Assembly: GCA_028534125.1 (NCBI GenBank)
Contig: CM052818.1
Coordinates: 9,426,001-9,490,000 of the forward strand
DNA from: Lama glama
Lineage: Eukaryota
Direction of reading: 5' to 3'
DNA length: 64,000 bases
The notes below the pieces were generated by a model. It had not been told where the DNA came from. It saw nothing but the letters and a program-made list of their open reading frames with translations, and did no database searches. Positions 26,788-39,180 of this stretch are shown here, one piece after another. The number at the start of each line of letters is the position of its first letter. Position 1 is the first letter of the stretch. Position numbers and translations under genes: made by a program.

Positions 26788-27118
26788 CAGTCCTGTCTAA
26801 TAGGAATATAATGTAAGCTACAAATGCATGCCACAAATTATGTAATTTTTCATTTTCTAGTGGGCACATTTTAGAAAGCAAAATGAAATATGAGATTAAT
26901 TTTAGTTATACATTTTATTTAAAGCAGTAATGTCCACAATATCAGCTCCACATGTAATCAATGTAAACATTATTAATAAAATATTTTTCTATTTTTGAAC
27001 CAAGTCTTTAATAACCTGTGTATATTTTATACTTACAACACATATTTATTTAGACCAACCACTTTGTACATGTGCAGTGGCCACAGGTGGCAAGTGGCTA
27101 TTACATTGTACAGCACAG
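26788..27118 (+). mobile_element. MER33/MER3-like hAT-Charlie MITE
   Basis: cagtcctgtctaatagg ... ttgtacagcacag; 8-bp TSD aactagat / atctagat. Confidence 0.82.
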
Positions 27119-27681
27119 ATCTAGATCTTCAAATCCTTGTAATAATTGCCTGAAGGCAGATAGAAAATTGCTTCTGAAAACTTCCATTAAAGTGTGATCA
27201 TGAAAAGGGAAATTTTATTTATACTCTGATTTTAGAGTATTAGTAAGGTTAAAGCCTCAGCATAAAGCTTTTTGATTATCTGTGAAATATACCTGTGATG
27301 TTTAAGTGATTCTGTCATTTACTTGTGTTACAATATTGGAAGAAAACTCAATTTTTCCCCCATCATTTTCTCATCTTAAGTAGGAAAAGTAGTACCTATC
27401 TCATAGGTTTATTGTGAGCATGTCATGGGCTAATCTGATTGGCATATAATAGCTTAATAAATATTAGCTGCTACTTACTGTTACTGTCATTGCAAGTAGT
27501 AATACTTGAGTTAATCATGAAATAAGAATATTGGTTTATCAGGGTGAATTTTCTTAGACGTGACTATTTGCCAGGCCTTTCAGAATTCAGTATGGTTATT
27601 TGGGAGAAGTACATACCTATACATATTCCTACTTTATTTCTTCTGCCTTTTTATTCTTAACATTAACCCTATGAATTTAAG

Positions 27682-27905
27682 GTAAACTTTCTCAATCTTG
27701 GCATTATTGACATTTTAGGCCAGGTAACTGTGTATTGTGGATTTGCAGCAATGTGAATACTGCTCTGTGCATTGTAGGGTGAATGTTTAGCAGCATCCCT
27801 AGCCTCTAGCCCTAGATGCCAGAGGTATCTTCTAAGTTGTGATAACCTAAAAGTACCTCTAGACATTGCTGAATGTCCCTTTGGCCTTCTGATCAAGAAC
27901 CACTG
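27682..27905 (-). mobile_element. MER20-like hAT-Charlie MITE
   Basis: tttctcaatcttggcattattgacatttt...agcagcatccct...agacattgctgaatgtccc...aagaaccactg. Confidence 0.8.
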
Positions 27906-28683
27906 GTTTATGGTCTGACAGTACAAATATGTACATTCAGAGTTCTCCCCAAGGCAGCTCATACCGAAGACAAAGCATAAAACTGAGGAGGGTAATATAT
28001 TCAGTTTGGCACATTGCAGTTCTTTGAGTCTTCACACCAATCCTCTACCTTAGAAGACCTAATGATTTTTTTTAATGTTAGCCCTTTCCGTATTCTCTGT
28101 GTATGGTACTACTTGTGAGTCTCTAAATCAATCCTGAAATTTTCTTCTTCATATTATTTTTCATCCTTATGTCTTTACATCCTTAGAGCACCCTATATGG
28201 TATGTTTTAGAAGTGAGTGCTTAATAGGTATTTATTTAGTTCAGAGTCCCCCAGTTAACATTAACCACATCTAGATTGCAGCTTTAAATTGAAATATTTT
28301 CCTGATAGTTACCTCATTTGATTCTGCAATTGTATGAACAAATGTAAACAAATTTTAAGGTTTTACTTTGTGATTTGAGTTTATAAAATAATTACATAAC
28401 AGTAATTTTACTGATTTTCCCTAAAATTGTTGTCTTCGAAGTTATTTTAATAAGTGTATTGATGGGTCAGGTAATATGTCAATATATTTGTAAAGTTAAT
28501 ACAATAATGCTGACATTGTGGAGTTTTTCATTATTATAAAGCTGTCAATATTCCATATTAAACAAATGTAGCTTTGTTCTTGAGTGTGTCGTTAACTTCT
28601 GCCAAATGGTTTGAGAGATTTTTTTGTGATTCACAAAGTGTTTTTAAATTGGTAATTACTAACTATGTGCTTCTCTGTTACAG

Positions 28684-28898
28684 ACATATGGTTGATGATA
28701 TGCTAAGTGCAGATGATGTCAGTTGCAGTAGCTCCCAGGTCAGTGCAAAATCAGAAAAAAATATGGCTGATTTTGATGGTGAAGAATCTGGATGTGAAGA
28801 GGAGCTAGTTCAGATTAATTCGCATGCAGAGCTAACATCTCATCTCCAACAACATCTTCCCAATTTAGCATCTATTTACCATGAACACCTTAGTCAAG
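28684..28898 (+). CDS. USP34: USP34 window exon 11 (215 nt)
   Basis: tacag|A...CAAG|gtaagg; HMVDDMLSADDVSCSSSQ...IYHEHLSQ(G). Confidence 0.95.
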
Positions 28899-29939
28899 GT
28901 AAGGTTCTGTAGTAAGTAAAATATATTCTTTTATTTAAAATAGGGATAATTTTTATTATATTATTAAAAGGAATCAACAGTTAATGTTATGACATTTCAG
29001 TGTTTTCATACTGTAGTTTTCTTCTCAAGGGAATGAAATTATTATAAATACTATTATCATGAGTATGAAGGCTACAGTTCCACCAAGAGATATGTAACAA
29101 AGGAAATAAAATTAGTAATATGTATAAAAGTTACAGCTTTGTATTTGAGAAAATATGACTGTGTTAGATTTTATGCTCAGAAATCTTAGGACTTAAAAGT
29201 AGATTACACAGGATCACATACTTTATGATTCCATTTATATAAAATGATTAAGGCAAATCTGTAGATACAGAACGTAGATTAGTGTTTGACTGGGGCTAGG
29301 AAGTGTTGGGGGGAAATAAGAGGAGGGGGTTACTGCTAAAGGGTAAGGTGTTCGTTTTGTCTGGAGTTGATGAAAATTTTTTTTTTCAAAAAGGTTCTGA
29401 TCACTGTAAATCCATCTAAAAAAAAGTGATAGGACATGACCAATCTTGGAAGAATGGAGGTTAGAGAGGGCTAAAGAATAATAAAAGATAAAGGAGAAAA
29501 AATAAGAGGGGAAAAATAGTTTTAGAATTGGCAATTTAAAGGTTCATATTCCAGACTCTTGCTTGGTTACATATCATCAGCATTTGCCAACCTAGGAAGT
29601 GGGTTTTGGGATGCCAGTAAATTACAAACAAAGTAAACCTGATAGATTATGTTTATGCTATAAGGCTATGATCAGACTTGAAGATGCAATGTGGATCTTG
29701 GCAGCAACTTTTTGATTTCAGATGTTTCTTGTCTATAATCTAGATAAGGTTAGTTTGATGTTTTTGTTGTTGTATTACTGTGGTTGTTGAGAAATGACTA
29801 GATTAAGATTAAGATCAGTTGAATTTGATACTATATTTATTAAACTTTTACCATTCTGTTCTTACCCCGTTTTCCCTTTGTTCAGTATTGTACATATTTT
29901 TTTGCTATATGAAGTTAGAAATTGAGCAATATATTAAAC

Positions 29940-31660
29940 GTATTAATGTTTTCCAAATCTTATAGACATATCGCTATATATTTAATACTATAAAGAACTT
30001 TTTGAAAACAGTAAGACAGTTTATAAGTGGGCAAAAGATGTGAATAATTTGGTTAATTCATAAAAATATAAAAATGGTCAGTAATTACATGAAAAGATAC
30101 TCAATGTCTTTAGTCATCTGGGAAATGCAAAATTAAACCACAGTGAGATACTTTACTCACTTGGGATGGGTAAAAAAATTAAGGACTAATGATATCAAAT
30201 GATGCTAAGGATGTAGAGCAACTAGAACTCTCCTTTGCTGTTGAGGAGTATAAAATAAGACAGCCAGTTTAGAGAACTATTTTATCAGTTTCTTATAAAC
30301 TTAAATATGTACCCACCATAAGACCCAGAAATTCCTGTTCCAGATATTTACCCAAGAGAAATGGAAAATTATGTCCACAGATTTGTACTTGAATGTTAAC
30401 ACCTACTTCATTCATGAGCCTCAACTGGAATTAATTGACAGATAAACAAATTGTGGTATATTCACATAATGGAGTACTGTTCATCAATAAAAAGAAAAGA
30501 ACTACTGTACTGATACTTTTCAACACCATGGATGAATATCAAGAAACATTCTAAGCAGATGAAGCTAGAGAGAAGAGTACATAGTGTATATCATTGTGCA
30601 CTTCTAGAATATTCTAAAGTAACTTATAGAAGTGGAAATCTCAATGACTGGTGGTGGGGATTCATTGTAAAGGAACACAAGCGAACTTTTTGGGGTGATA
30701 GAAATGTTCTGTATCTTTATTATGTATTTACTTTAAAAAATTAATTTTATTAAAATTTGACACACACCCCCCCGAATCTTAACAAGTGAAGCCACCACAT
30801 ATTGGGAGAAATATTTGCAAATCATCTATCTAGTAAGACAACTTAATTAAAAATTGGGAATTGATTTATTTTACCAGAGAAGGTACACAAATGGCTAATA
30901 AGCACATGAAAAGATGCTCAGCGTCATCAGTCATTAGGGAAATACAAATTAAAAACTACAAGATTCTACTGCACACCAATTAGAATGGCTAAAGTTAAAA
31001 GAGTGATTGTATGTGTTGGGGAGGATTTGGAGGAACTGGTGCTCTTACACACTGCTGTTGGGAATGTAATTGACATAGCCACTTTGGAAAACAGTTCGGC
31101 AGTTTCTTCAAGTGTTAAGCTTAAGTTTACTTTATGACCCAACAATTCCACTTTTAAGTATTTACCCAAGAGAAAGGAAAATATGTGTCTATACAAAGAT
31201 TTATTGCATCAGTATTTGTGGCAGCATTATTCATATTAGACAAAAACTGGCAACTCTCCAAATTTTCATTAACTGGTAGATATATAAACAAATGCAACAT
31301 TTTCACATAATGCAATATTCTGTAATTAAAAGGAACGCATACTGATAGGTACTTCAACATGGATGACCCTCAAAACATTTTGCTAAGTGAACGAAGTCAG
31401 ACATAAGACTATAAAAATGTATGGTTCCACTTCCATGAAATTTCTAGAATGGCCGATTTATGAGGATGGAAAAACAGACTAGGGCTGGGGAATGGGATCA
31501 GAGATTAAATGTAATTAGGTATGAGGGAATGTTTTAGGGTAATAAAAGTGTTCCAAAATTGTATTGTGACGGCTACACAACTCTCATTCTAATGAAATCA
31601 ATGTATGTGTACAATTTAATAGAGAAATTTCATGGTAAAACTTTTAAGAAAAAAAAAAAA
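29940..31660 (+). mobile_element. Two old LINE-1 3' ends in tandem (L1MC/ME-like)
   Basis: ORF2 C-terminal and 3' UTR motifs appear twice (catgaaaagatactcaa / catgaaaagatgctcag; acccaagagaaa); A-tail near 31650. Confidence 0.78.
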
Positions 31661-32200
31661 CCACACAAAGCAAAGAAGCATTTTTGCTTAATATAACAGC
31701 CCTAGTGAGGATCTATAGTTTGGCACTTAAAATATAACTTATTATAATAAAATCTTTGAATTTAATTGGATGTTTTGAGTAAATCATCTCAAAAAAACCT
31801 TTAGGTACAAGACACTTTATAGGAGGTCATTTAGAGGAATGACCTTGGCTATATAATTATTTCAAATAAATCATCTTTTTTATGCTTCATTTGAATTTCA
31901 AGTATTTATATACAATTCTCTTGATATGTGAAAAACTTTAAGTAATCATACTTAGAAGAAATAGTGAAGAGGCTATGAAAAGAAAACTTTTTTCACTTTA
32001 GTAATATCAAACTCTAAACAGTACTATTCTTTGCCATTCATAAAGCAACTATTGTGTTAATCTTGTTTTTGTCTTGTGATATAAGAAGAGTTTATCGTTA
32101 CAGTTTACTTTGAATTTGTTAACTTTATGAATGCTATAATTCACTTTACAATTTCAGTCAGCTGCATTCCTCTATAGTGTGTTATATTTTGCCCCTTCAG

Positions 32201-32316
32201 GACCTGCAGTTCATAAACATCAATTCAACAGTAATGCTGTGACAGACATTAATTTGGATAATGTTTGCAAGAAAGGAAACACTTTGTTGTGGGACATAGT
32301 CCAGGATGATGATGCA
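32201..32316 (+). CDS. USP34: USP34 window exon 12 (116 nt)
   Basis: ttcag|GA...GCA|gtaagt; PAVHKHQFNSNAVTDINLDNVCKKGNTLLWDIVQDDDA. Confidence 0.94.
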
Positions 32317-32407
32317 GTAAGTTATTTAATAGAACCAAAAGATTACCAAATTACAGCAAAATACAATCAGTATAAACAGTAACTTTATGTATATACATTT
32401 TTTGCAG

Positions 32408-32535
32408 GTTAATCTTTCTGAAGGATTAATAAATGAAGCAGAAAAACTTCTTTGTTCCTTAGTATGTTGGTTTACAGATAGACAAATTCGAATGAGATTC
32501 ATTGAAGGTTGCCTTGAAAATTTAGGAAACAACAG
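32408..32535 (+). CDS. USP34: USP34 window exon 13 (128 nt)
   Basis: tgcag|GTT...AACAG|gtaaat; VNLSEGLINEAEKLLCSLVCWFTDRQIRMRFIEGCLENLGNN(R). Confidence 0.94.
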
Positions 32536-33546
32536 GTAAATAGGAATTTAAAATTTTTTATTAAGAAATCAAAGTTCATTTTGTGTATTCTTATTGACTA
32601 TTTGTGGGGTTTCTTAGCACTTAATGTACCATTATCACCCTAGTTTTTAGTAATTGTGGTTTTTACATTAGGTTTAAATATTCCCTCACAGAGTTTATAT
32701 TTTATCACTCTATTATGCTTCTCCTGGCACATTTTGGCATTATGGATTAGATGCCCTCCAACAGAAACAAAGGAATAATAATACTCTCCTCTTGATTCTG
32801 GGAACATAGTGGTGATTACTTTATTTTCAGTTTACAGTTAAATGTTGTTGAACTGTTATGTTATATATAAAGGAAACTGAATAAGATAAGTGAAGTTAAG
32901 CTGAAATATTAACATTTGATAATGGCATTGCTCTTCCATCTGGGCGGATCTTTTGATTTCTGTAGTGCACAAAGAATTAGGTTAGTGTTTTTTCTCTAGT
33001 TTGAATTCTGCTATATATTTACATACTTTTTATTGGGGCTTAAATGATTACTACAAGTTTCTTGATTTTCAATTCTGTTCCATGGTACAATTTCTCTTTT
33101 CTCTTGTCTTATACTGCTTTGATAATGTTGTTCCATTCTCTGATGTAGTGAATTCAGTTAATAATTTACTTTATTATATTATATTAATGTTTCAGCTGAA
33201 CATCTGCATAGGCCTGATATAAATGTCTAATTTTACTGAATATTTTATGGCTTCAATTTTTTTAATGTAATTGATTTAGAAAAATATGTGCAATATTTCA
33301 TTTTCTACTTTTGGTCTTTAAAGGGCTTTAATTTGAACAATCACAGTAGAAAAACTGCTTATTCATGCAGATATAAGAAACCACTAACAGACTCCTATTA
33401 GTGGATCAGTTGCCTCATTTGGCATATATTCCTTAGAAGGAATGCTTTTAATGGCCAGATGATATTTCTTCATTTATGTAGGTATTATAGAAGTTAATTT
33501 TAAAATGTTTTTTTAAAAGTCTTTGTGAAACCACTGAACAGTTTTT

Positions 33547-33650
33547 GGTGGGGGGGAGTAATTAGATTTATTTATTTTCTTAATGGATCTAAGAACCCAG
33601 GACCTCGTGCATGCTAGGCATGCATTCTACTACTTACCTATACCCTCCCC
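33547..33650 (-). mobile_element. tRNA-derived SINE (vic-1-like) with 15-bp TSD
   Basis: TSD cactgaacagttttt at 33532-33546 and 33653-33667; body homologous to the SINE at 6612. Confidence 0.88.
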
Positions 33651-33941
33651 GACACTGAACAGTTTTTTAAAGTGGATGTATCAGCTTAGATTCCCTATAT
33701 GTGCATCTGCATACTTTATGGCTTGGCAGTTCCACTGCTAAGCGTGTGCCTTATGATAATACATCCAAATGGTCACCAAAAGACATTAAAAAATGTTCAT
33801 AGAAATAAAACAAGAAGAAAACCTACGGAATGGGAGAAAATTTTTGCAAGTGAAACCGACAAAGGCTTGATCTCCAAAATATATAAGCAGCTCATACGAC
33901 TCAATAAGAAAAAAATAAACAACCCAATCCAAAAATGGGCA

Positions 33942-34441
33942 NNNNNNNNNNNNNNNNNNNNNNNNNNNNNNNNNNNNNNNNNNNNNNNNNNNNNNNNNNN
34001 NNNNNNNNNNNNNNNNNNNNNNNNNNNNNNNNNNNNNNNNNNNNNNNNNNNNNNNNNNNNNNNNNNNNNNNNNNNNNNNNNNNNNNNNNNNNNNNNNNNN
34101 NNNNNNNNNNNNNNNNNNNNNNNNNNNNNNNNNNNNNNNNNNNNNNNNNNNNNNNNNNNNNNNNNNNNNNNNNNNNNNNNNNNNNNNNNNNNNNNNNNNN
34201 NNNNNNNNNNNNNNNNNNNNNNNNNNNNNNNNNNNNNNNNNNNNNNNNNNNNNNNNNNNNNNNNNNNNNNNNNNNNNNNNNNNNNNNNNNNNNNNNNNNN
34301 NNNNNNNNNNNNNNNNNNNNNNNNNNNNNNNNNNNNNNNNNNNNNNNNNNNNNNNNNNNNNNNNNNNNNNNNNNNNNNNNNNNNNNNNNNNNNNNNNNNN
34401 NNNNNNNNNNNNNNNNNNNNNNNNNNNNNNNNNNNNNNNNN
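33942..34441. other. Assembly gap (500 N)
   Basis: Run of exactly 500 N inside a young L1. Confidence 0.99.
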
Positions 34442-34789
34442 AAGAAAAATACCATATGAGATCGCTCATATGTGGAATCTAAAGACTCATGGACAGAGAA
34501 TACAGACTTGTGGTTACCAGGGGGGTAGAGGGTGGGAAGGGATAGACTGGGATTTCAAAATTGTAGAATAGATAAACAAGATTACACTGTATAGCACAGG
34601 GAAATATACACAAAATGTTATGATAAATCACAGAGAAAAAGAAAAAGCCCCAAAGAATTAATTATAACTGTCTCTGGGTGGTGGAATCATAGAGGATTTA
34701 ATTTTCATTTTTATATTTTCGTGAGATGTTTTTCTCACCTTATAATAATATACTTTACTCTTAATATCAAAAAACATTAAGCAGTTTTT

Positions 34790-34897
34790 TCTTTTGGTGC
34801 AGGGAGGTAATTGGGTTTATTTATTTTTTAATGGAAGTGCAGGGAATTGAACCCAGGACCTAAGCAGGCACTCTACCGCCGAGCTATGCCCTCCCCC
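34790..34897 (-). mobile_element. tRNA-derived SINE (vic-1-like)
   Basis: gggaattgaacccaggacc...gagctatgccctcccc; flanked by agcagt(t/a)ttt repeats. Confidence 0.85.
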
Positions 34898-36045
34898 AGC
34901 AGTATTTTTTTTTTAAATAAAAGATTACACCTCAAAAAAAAAAAATGTTCATAGAAGCACTATTCAGAATAACTATTCTTGATGCTGCTATCCAAATGCC
35001 AAAAAAAGAATAGGAAGGTAAATTGTGGACTGTTTGTTGAATGGAATAATATGTAGTAGTAACAGTAAAAGAACTACAGCTACATAGAATAGTGTAAATG
35101 AATCTCACAAACATAATGTTGAGTGAGAGAAGCCAGATACAAAGAAGTATCTCTATTACTCCATTTATATAAAGTTTAAAAATAGGAAAATTGTTTTAAT
35201 AGTCAGGATAATGGTTACTTTTGGATTGTTAGTGACTGGAAAGAGGACACAGCCAAGGCTTCTGGAACGCTGGTGATGATTTCTTGACGTGGGTGTGCAT
35301 TGCACAGCTGTGCTCACCTCCTAATATTTTGAACTGTCACTTAGATTTATGCATGTTTTTACATGTATGTTATATGTCAATGCAAAGGAAAAAAAGCTAT
35401 GTGAAAGATGAAATATCCTGTGGCCTTTAAGAGTCCTGATTTCAAAGGTTATGTAATGATATGGGCCCACTTGCTAAAAAGATTGCAAGCAATAAGTGAG
35501 TCTGTAGAATGGTTATTTCTGGGAGGATAGAGTTAATTTTTTCTTCTTAATGCTTTTCTATTTTCTAATTTTTTCACAATGAGCATTTCTCTTAAAAGTA
35601 GGGAAACTTAAAAGAGACAAAAGGGAAAAATTATGTATAAAATGGAGAATTGCCAGTTTGGATTTTTTAAGCTTTAATTTGTTCACACCCAAGTTTACTT
35701 GAAGACAAAGCGTTTTTCATTTGTTGGAGGCAATCCTGTACCCTAATCATAGTTACTTAATGGTTTATTGAATATAAATTGAATAGTTTATTGAATATAA
35801 TAGTAAACATAACTAATGTATTGATGTTAATGTTGCCCTCAAAATTTACTCCTCAGAGGGCTGCTGTATTATGCTAGTCTTAACTGTGAATTAGTCATAT
35901 GTGCCGGTACTTAGAGTATGGTGGCATTGTTAGCCTGTGAAATATGCAACACATCCAGTGTATACCAGCTGAATGTACTGAAATTATCATGCAAATTTTT
36001 TAAAAATTAATTTTGAACATCATTAATTTCAGTTTCCTGATAAAC

Positions 36046-36255
36046 CAGTGGTTTTTCAGTAGGGAAGATTTTTTTTCTAGGCAGTAATCAGTTTCTGGAG
36101 GTATTTTGAGTTGTCATACTAATAAGTGGGATTTGGAGATACTACTTTGGGCCAGGGATGCTACTAAATACTAAACATCCCTCAATGCAGTGGACAGCCC
36201 CCCACAGTAAAGAATGGTGTGGCCCAGAATGTCAGTAGTGACATCAGAGTTTGAC
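36046..36255 (+). mobile_element. MER20-like MITE
   Basis: cagtggtttttca...ggccagggatgctactaaa...ggacagccccc...gcccagaatgtcagtagtg. Confidence 0.75.
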
Positions 36256-38537
36256 AGATTTTATTCTAAACACAAGAATCCTTTCTCCAAGCCTAGCCGC
36301 CTGAGTGTGCCATCACAGTAAGAAAGGAATGTTGCACACAAGTGCTAATATTAATAGGAAAGCTATTCTTATGTTGAAACAAACAAATGGGACTCAGTTA
36401 CCATTTTCTTAACATTTGACCAAAAAAAAAAAGTTGTCTGCTTTTTGATGATGTCAGTTGTTTTATGTACTTTACAAAGGTTTTATGTGTTTCTTTTTAA
36501 TTTTCTCTGTGCTTTTTCATTTTCTTTCTAGTTCCTCACTTGCTGCGGTTTGTAGACCTGTCAGCAATTTTTGTTTTTGCTTTTCTATGGTCTTAGACCA
36601 GCTTATTTTATAAAAGGAACTTAGTTTTCTTTTGAACAGTCATGTGGGCTTATTATTTCTCGAGAAGCGCAGGGATCTGAAAAAGAAAATTAAAGTCTTC
36701 CATAAATTGCCCATAATTCTACCATTTATACAAAACCACTGTAAACACTTTTTAAAAATATCTTGTATACTCTCTGTGATATGTAGCATGTGTCTTGTGC
36801 ACATTTAGCCTTAGGTAGATTGTTCTATAAAGCACATAATATCATTTCATCAGTTCAGGAAGTTTAAAGTTACACACAGAAACACATAGTAGACTGGTTT
36901 GCAAGATGTTGTCATAAAGTGAGGGCATGAGGTAGACATTAGCTCTCGCAATGAAAAGTCCATGACTTTTCAGTGTAGTAGTTACTGTTATTAAGTGAGT
37001 TAAGACTGCTGTCCAGGTAGTAGGGTGGAAGTAGTAGAGGTTGGGTTGTAATTAGCCCCTTTAGTATTTTATGTTTAGTAGAAGGTAGGTTCATATCCTA
37101 TGCTAGGTATCTCCTGAAATTCTGTGGCTTCTCAAGAATTGATTTGAGACTCTGGAAACCTATCCAGTGTGCTGTTTTTTGCCATTTGTGATCCACTATA
37201 GATACTTAACCTGTGTGTGAAGTTTTTTGCCTTTGTATACAAAAGATTTCTCTAGTAAAATGATTGCATGTGTCAGGGATTTTGTTTACATAAATAAAGA
37301 TTCATGTAATTAAGAAATGGATGGTACTATGTAACTTTTTGGGTTTTGTTTTCCCTCTGTAAAGACTATATTATATACAGCATTTCATGTCAACTTTTGA
37401 AGTATACTGTAATTAAAAGTGACTGAAAAGCATTTTGTAGAACACATCAGTCTTCTTAAAATATGGAGTCTAAGATTAGGAAAAAATAGTCCAAATGTGA
37501 CCTTAACTGTGAAGACCACCAACAAGTGTATTCATTCTACTAAGGCAACGTGAAGTTAGGGTCTCAACACACGGTTGCCTAGTAATAAGCTTCTGGTTAT
37601 AACAAAAACTTTGAATCAAGCAAAGAACCAGGATGGTTTAGGGTAATCAGATGATGATCAATGAAAAACGTCAGGAAGGAATCAAGGGAAATAAAGAGGT
37701 TCGTGGAGCATTGGAAGGATATTACTTAACATAGAGTTGTCAGAGCCATCCTTTCTGTTGATAATTGAAGAAACTAATAAAGTGAGGGAAGGAGTCCTTC
37801 AGGTAGATAACTTAGAGGTAAAGAATATTCCAAGTAGAGCTAGTAGCAAAGGCCCTAAGGTAGGAATGTGTTTGTTGTGTGTTGAAGGAATAGCAAAAAG
37901 AAAGATGGGAAGGAAATTAAGCTGAACTGATAGGAGGAATGGGGATAGGGCACACAAGGCTTTGTAGTCCCACTTAAGTGCTTTGGGTTTTATTTAGAAA
38001 CAGGAACTTGTCTAATTTCTCCTACTCTATCCACCACTGTTTCCCTCCCACCCAGCAATGCAACCCTGTATTCTAACATCCCTGGTACCCTTCTCGAAAA
38101 GAGTAGGCATTTTTGAGGACTTATTTGTGGTAGGGTGCCAACTTTTTCTCTTTTCAAAAATCCTTTCATGAAGCAATATTGTCACCTGAGCTTAAAAATA
38201 AAAGAAATTCAGTACATTATTAGAGTTTGTTTTGCTTCTTTCAAGCCTCCTGCAGCCAACCTCCTTGCCTACTAGGACTTCGGGGATTTGTATGTCAGTA
38301 TGTTCTCTATACCCCATTCCCCTCCCACCCCAAAAGATAGACATACTCAGATCTACTTGAGGTTTTAGAGTGGTTTCCTATCAACTTTTGGCCCCTTTAT
38401 GCTTGAGGTATATTTTGTGCTTCAGTCATTAACATGGCTCATCATGCAGTGATTCTCAATTTAGATGCAGATTATATTATGTGAGAATTAGTGAGAAAGT
38501 GATAATTTGTATAATTTGAAAAATGTTTTCTACATTA

Positions 38538-38701
38538 TTGCTGCTCAGAATATGATCCAGCAAACCAGCAATTTGACTATCACTTATGAGTTTATTAGGA
38601 ATGCAATCCTGAACCTACCCCAGACCTACTGAATCAGAATTTGCATTTTAACAGTATCTTCCCAGGTGAATCAAGTGCACACTAAACTTAGAGAAGACCT
38701 G
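38538..38701. mobile_element. MER5A-like hAT-Charlie MITE
   Basis: ccccagacctactgaatcagaatttgcattttaaca...cccaggtga...gagaagacctgctctaga. Confidence 0.8.
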
Positions 38702-39090
38702 CTCTAGATAATTTACCTAACTAAGCTGCTGGTTCCTGTTTTCCTTGATTAAATCCTCAGAAACACCAATGACTCTTTAGAGAATACTTTCATGAAAAAC
38801 AAATTTACATTTAAATGCTCTTTGCTTGCTTTTATACTCAGTTATTTATGTAGTATATTTTACTTTAAAAACCTTGAGTTGGATTTTTAAAACTTGGATT
38901 TCTTGACCCAGTGTATAATAAATTGATACTTGAGAAATTTTTTTTTAATGTTTGCATAGAAATATAGGTAAAGTTCATTAAATCTTTTTGCATTTAAGAT
39001 TTCAAATAGTTGAATTTCTGTTAAAAGCTAGAATTATTGATAGTAGTCAAAATTATTTTATTCTACAAATACCTGTTCTTGCTGTTTCAG

Positions 39091-39180
39091 ATCAGTAGTA
39101 ATTTCACTTCGTCTTCTTCCAAAACTGTTTGGTACTTTTCAGCAGTTTGGGAGCAGTTATGATACACATTGGATTACAAT
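39091..39180 (+). CDS. USP34: USP34 window exon 14 (90 nt)
   Basis: ttcag|A...AT|gtaagt; SVVISLRLLPKLFGTFQQFGSSYDTHWIT(M). Confidence 0.94.

Larger units (their letters stand above)
33805..34945 (+). mobile_element. Young 5'-truncated LINE-1 insertion with putative 3' transduction, inserted into an old L1 3' remnant
   Basis: 17-bp TSD aaaaaatgttcatagaa (33788-33804, 34940-34956); ORF2 peptide [29 protein letters not shown]; spans the N gap. Confidence 0.82.

Noticed and set aside
33699..34571. Long ORFs (174-290 aa) in the ORF track
   Set aside because: Artefacts of the 500-N gap; the real residues are L1 ORF2 or 3' UTR fragments.
35763..35800. Short direct repeats gtttattgaatataa (similar ones at ~2671 and ~52345)
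   Set aside because: Two-copy local slippage duplications with no repeat-spacer array; not CRISPR-like.
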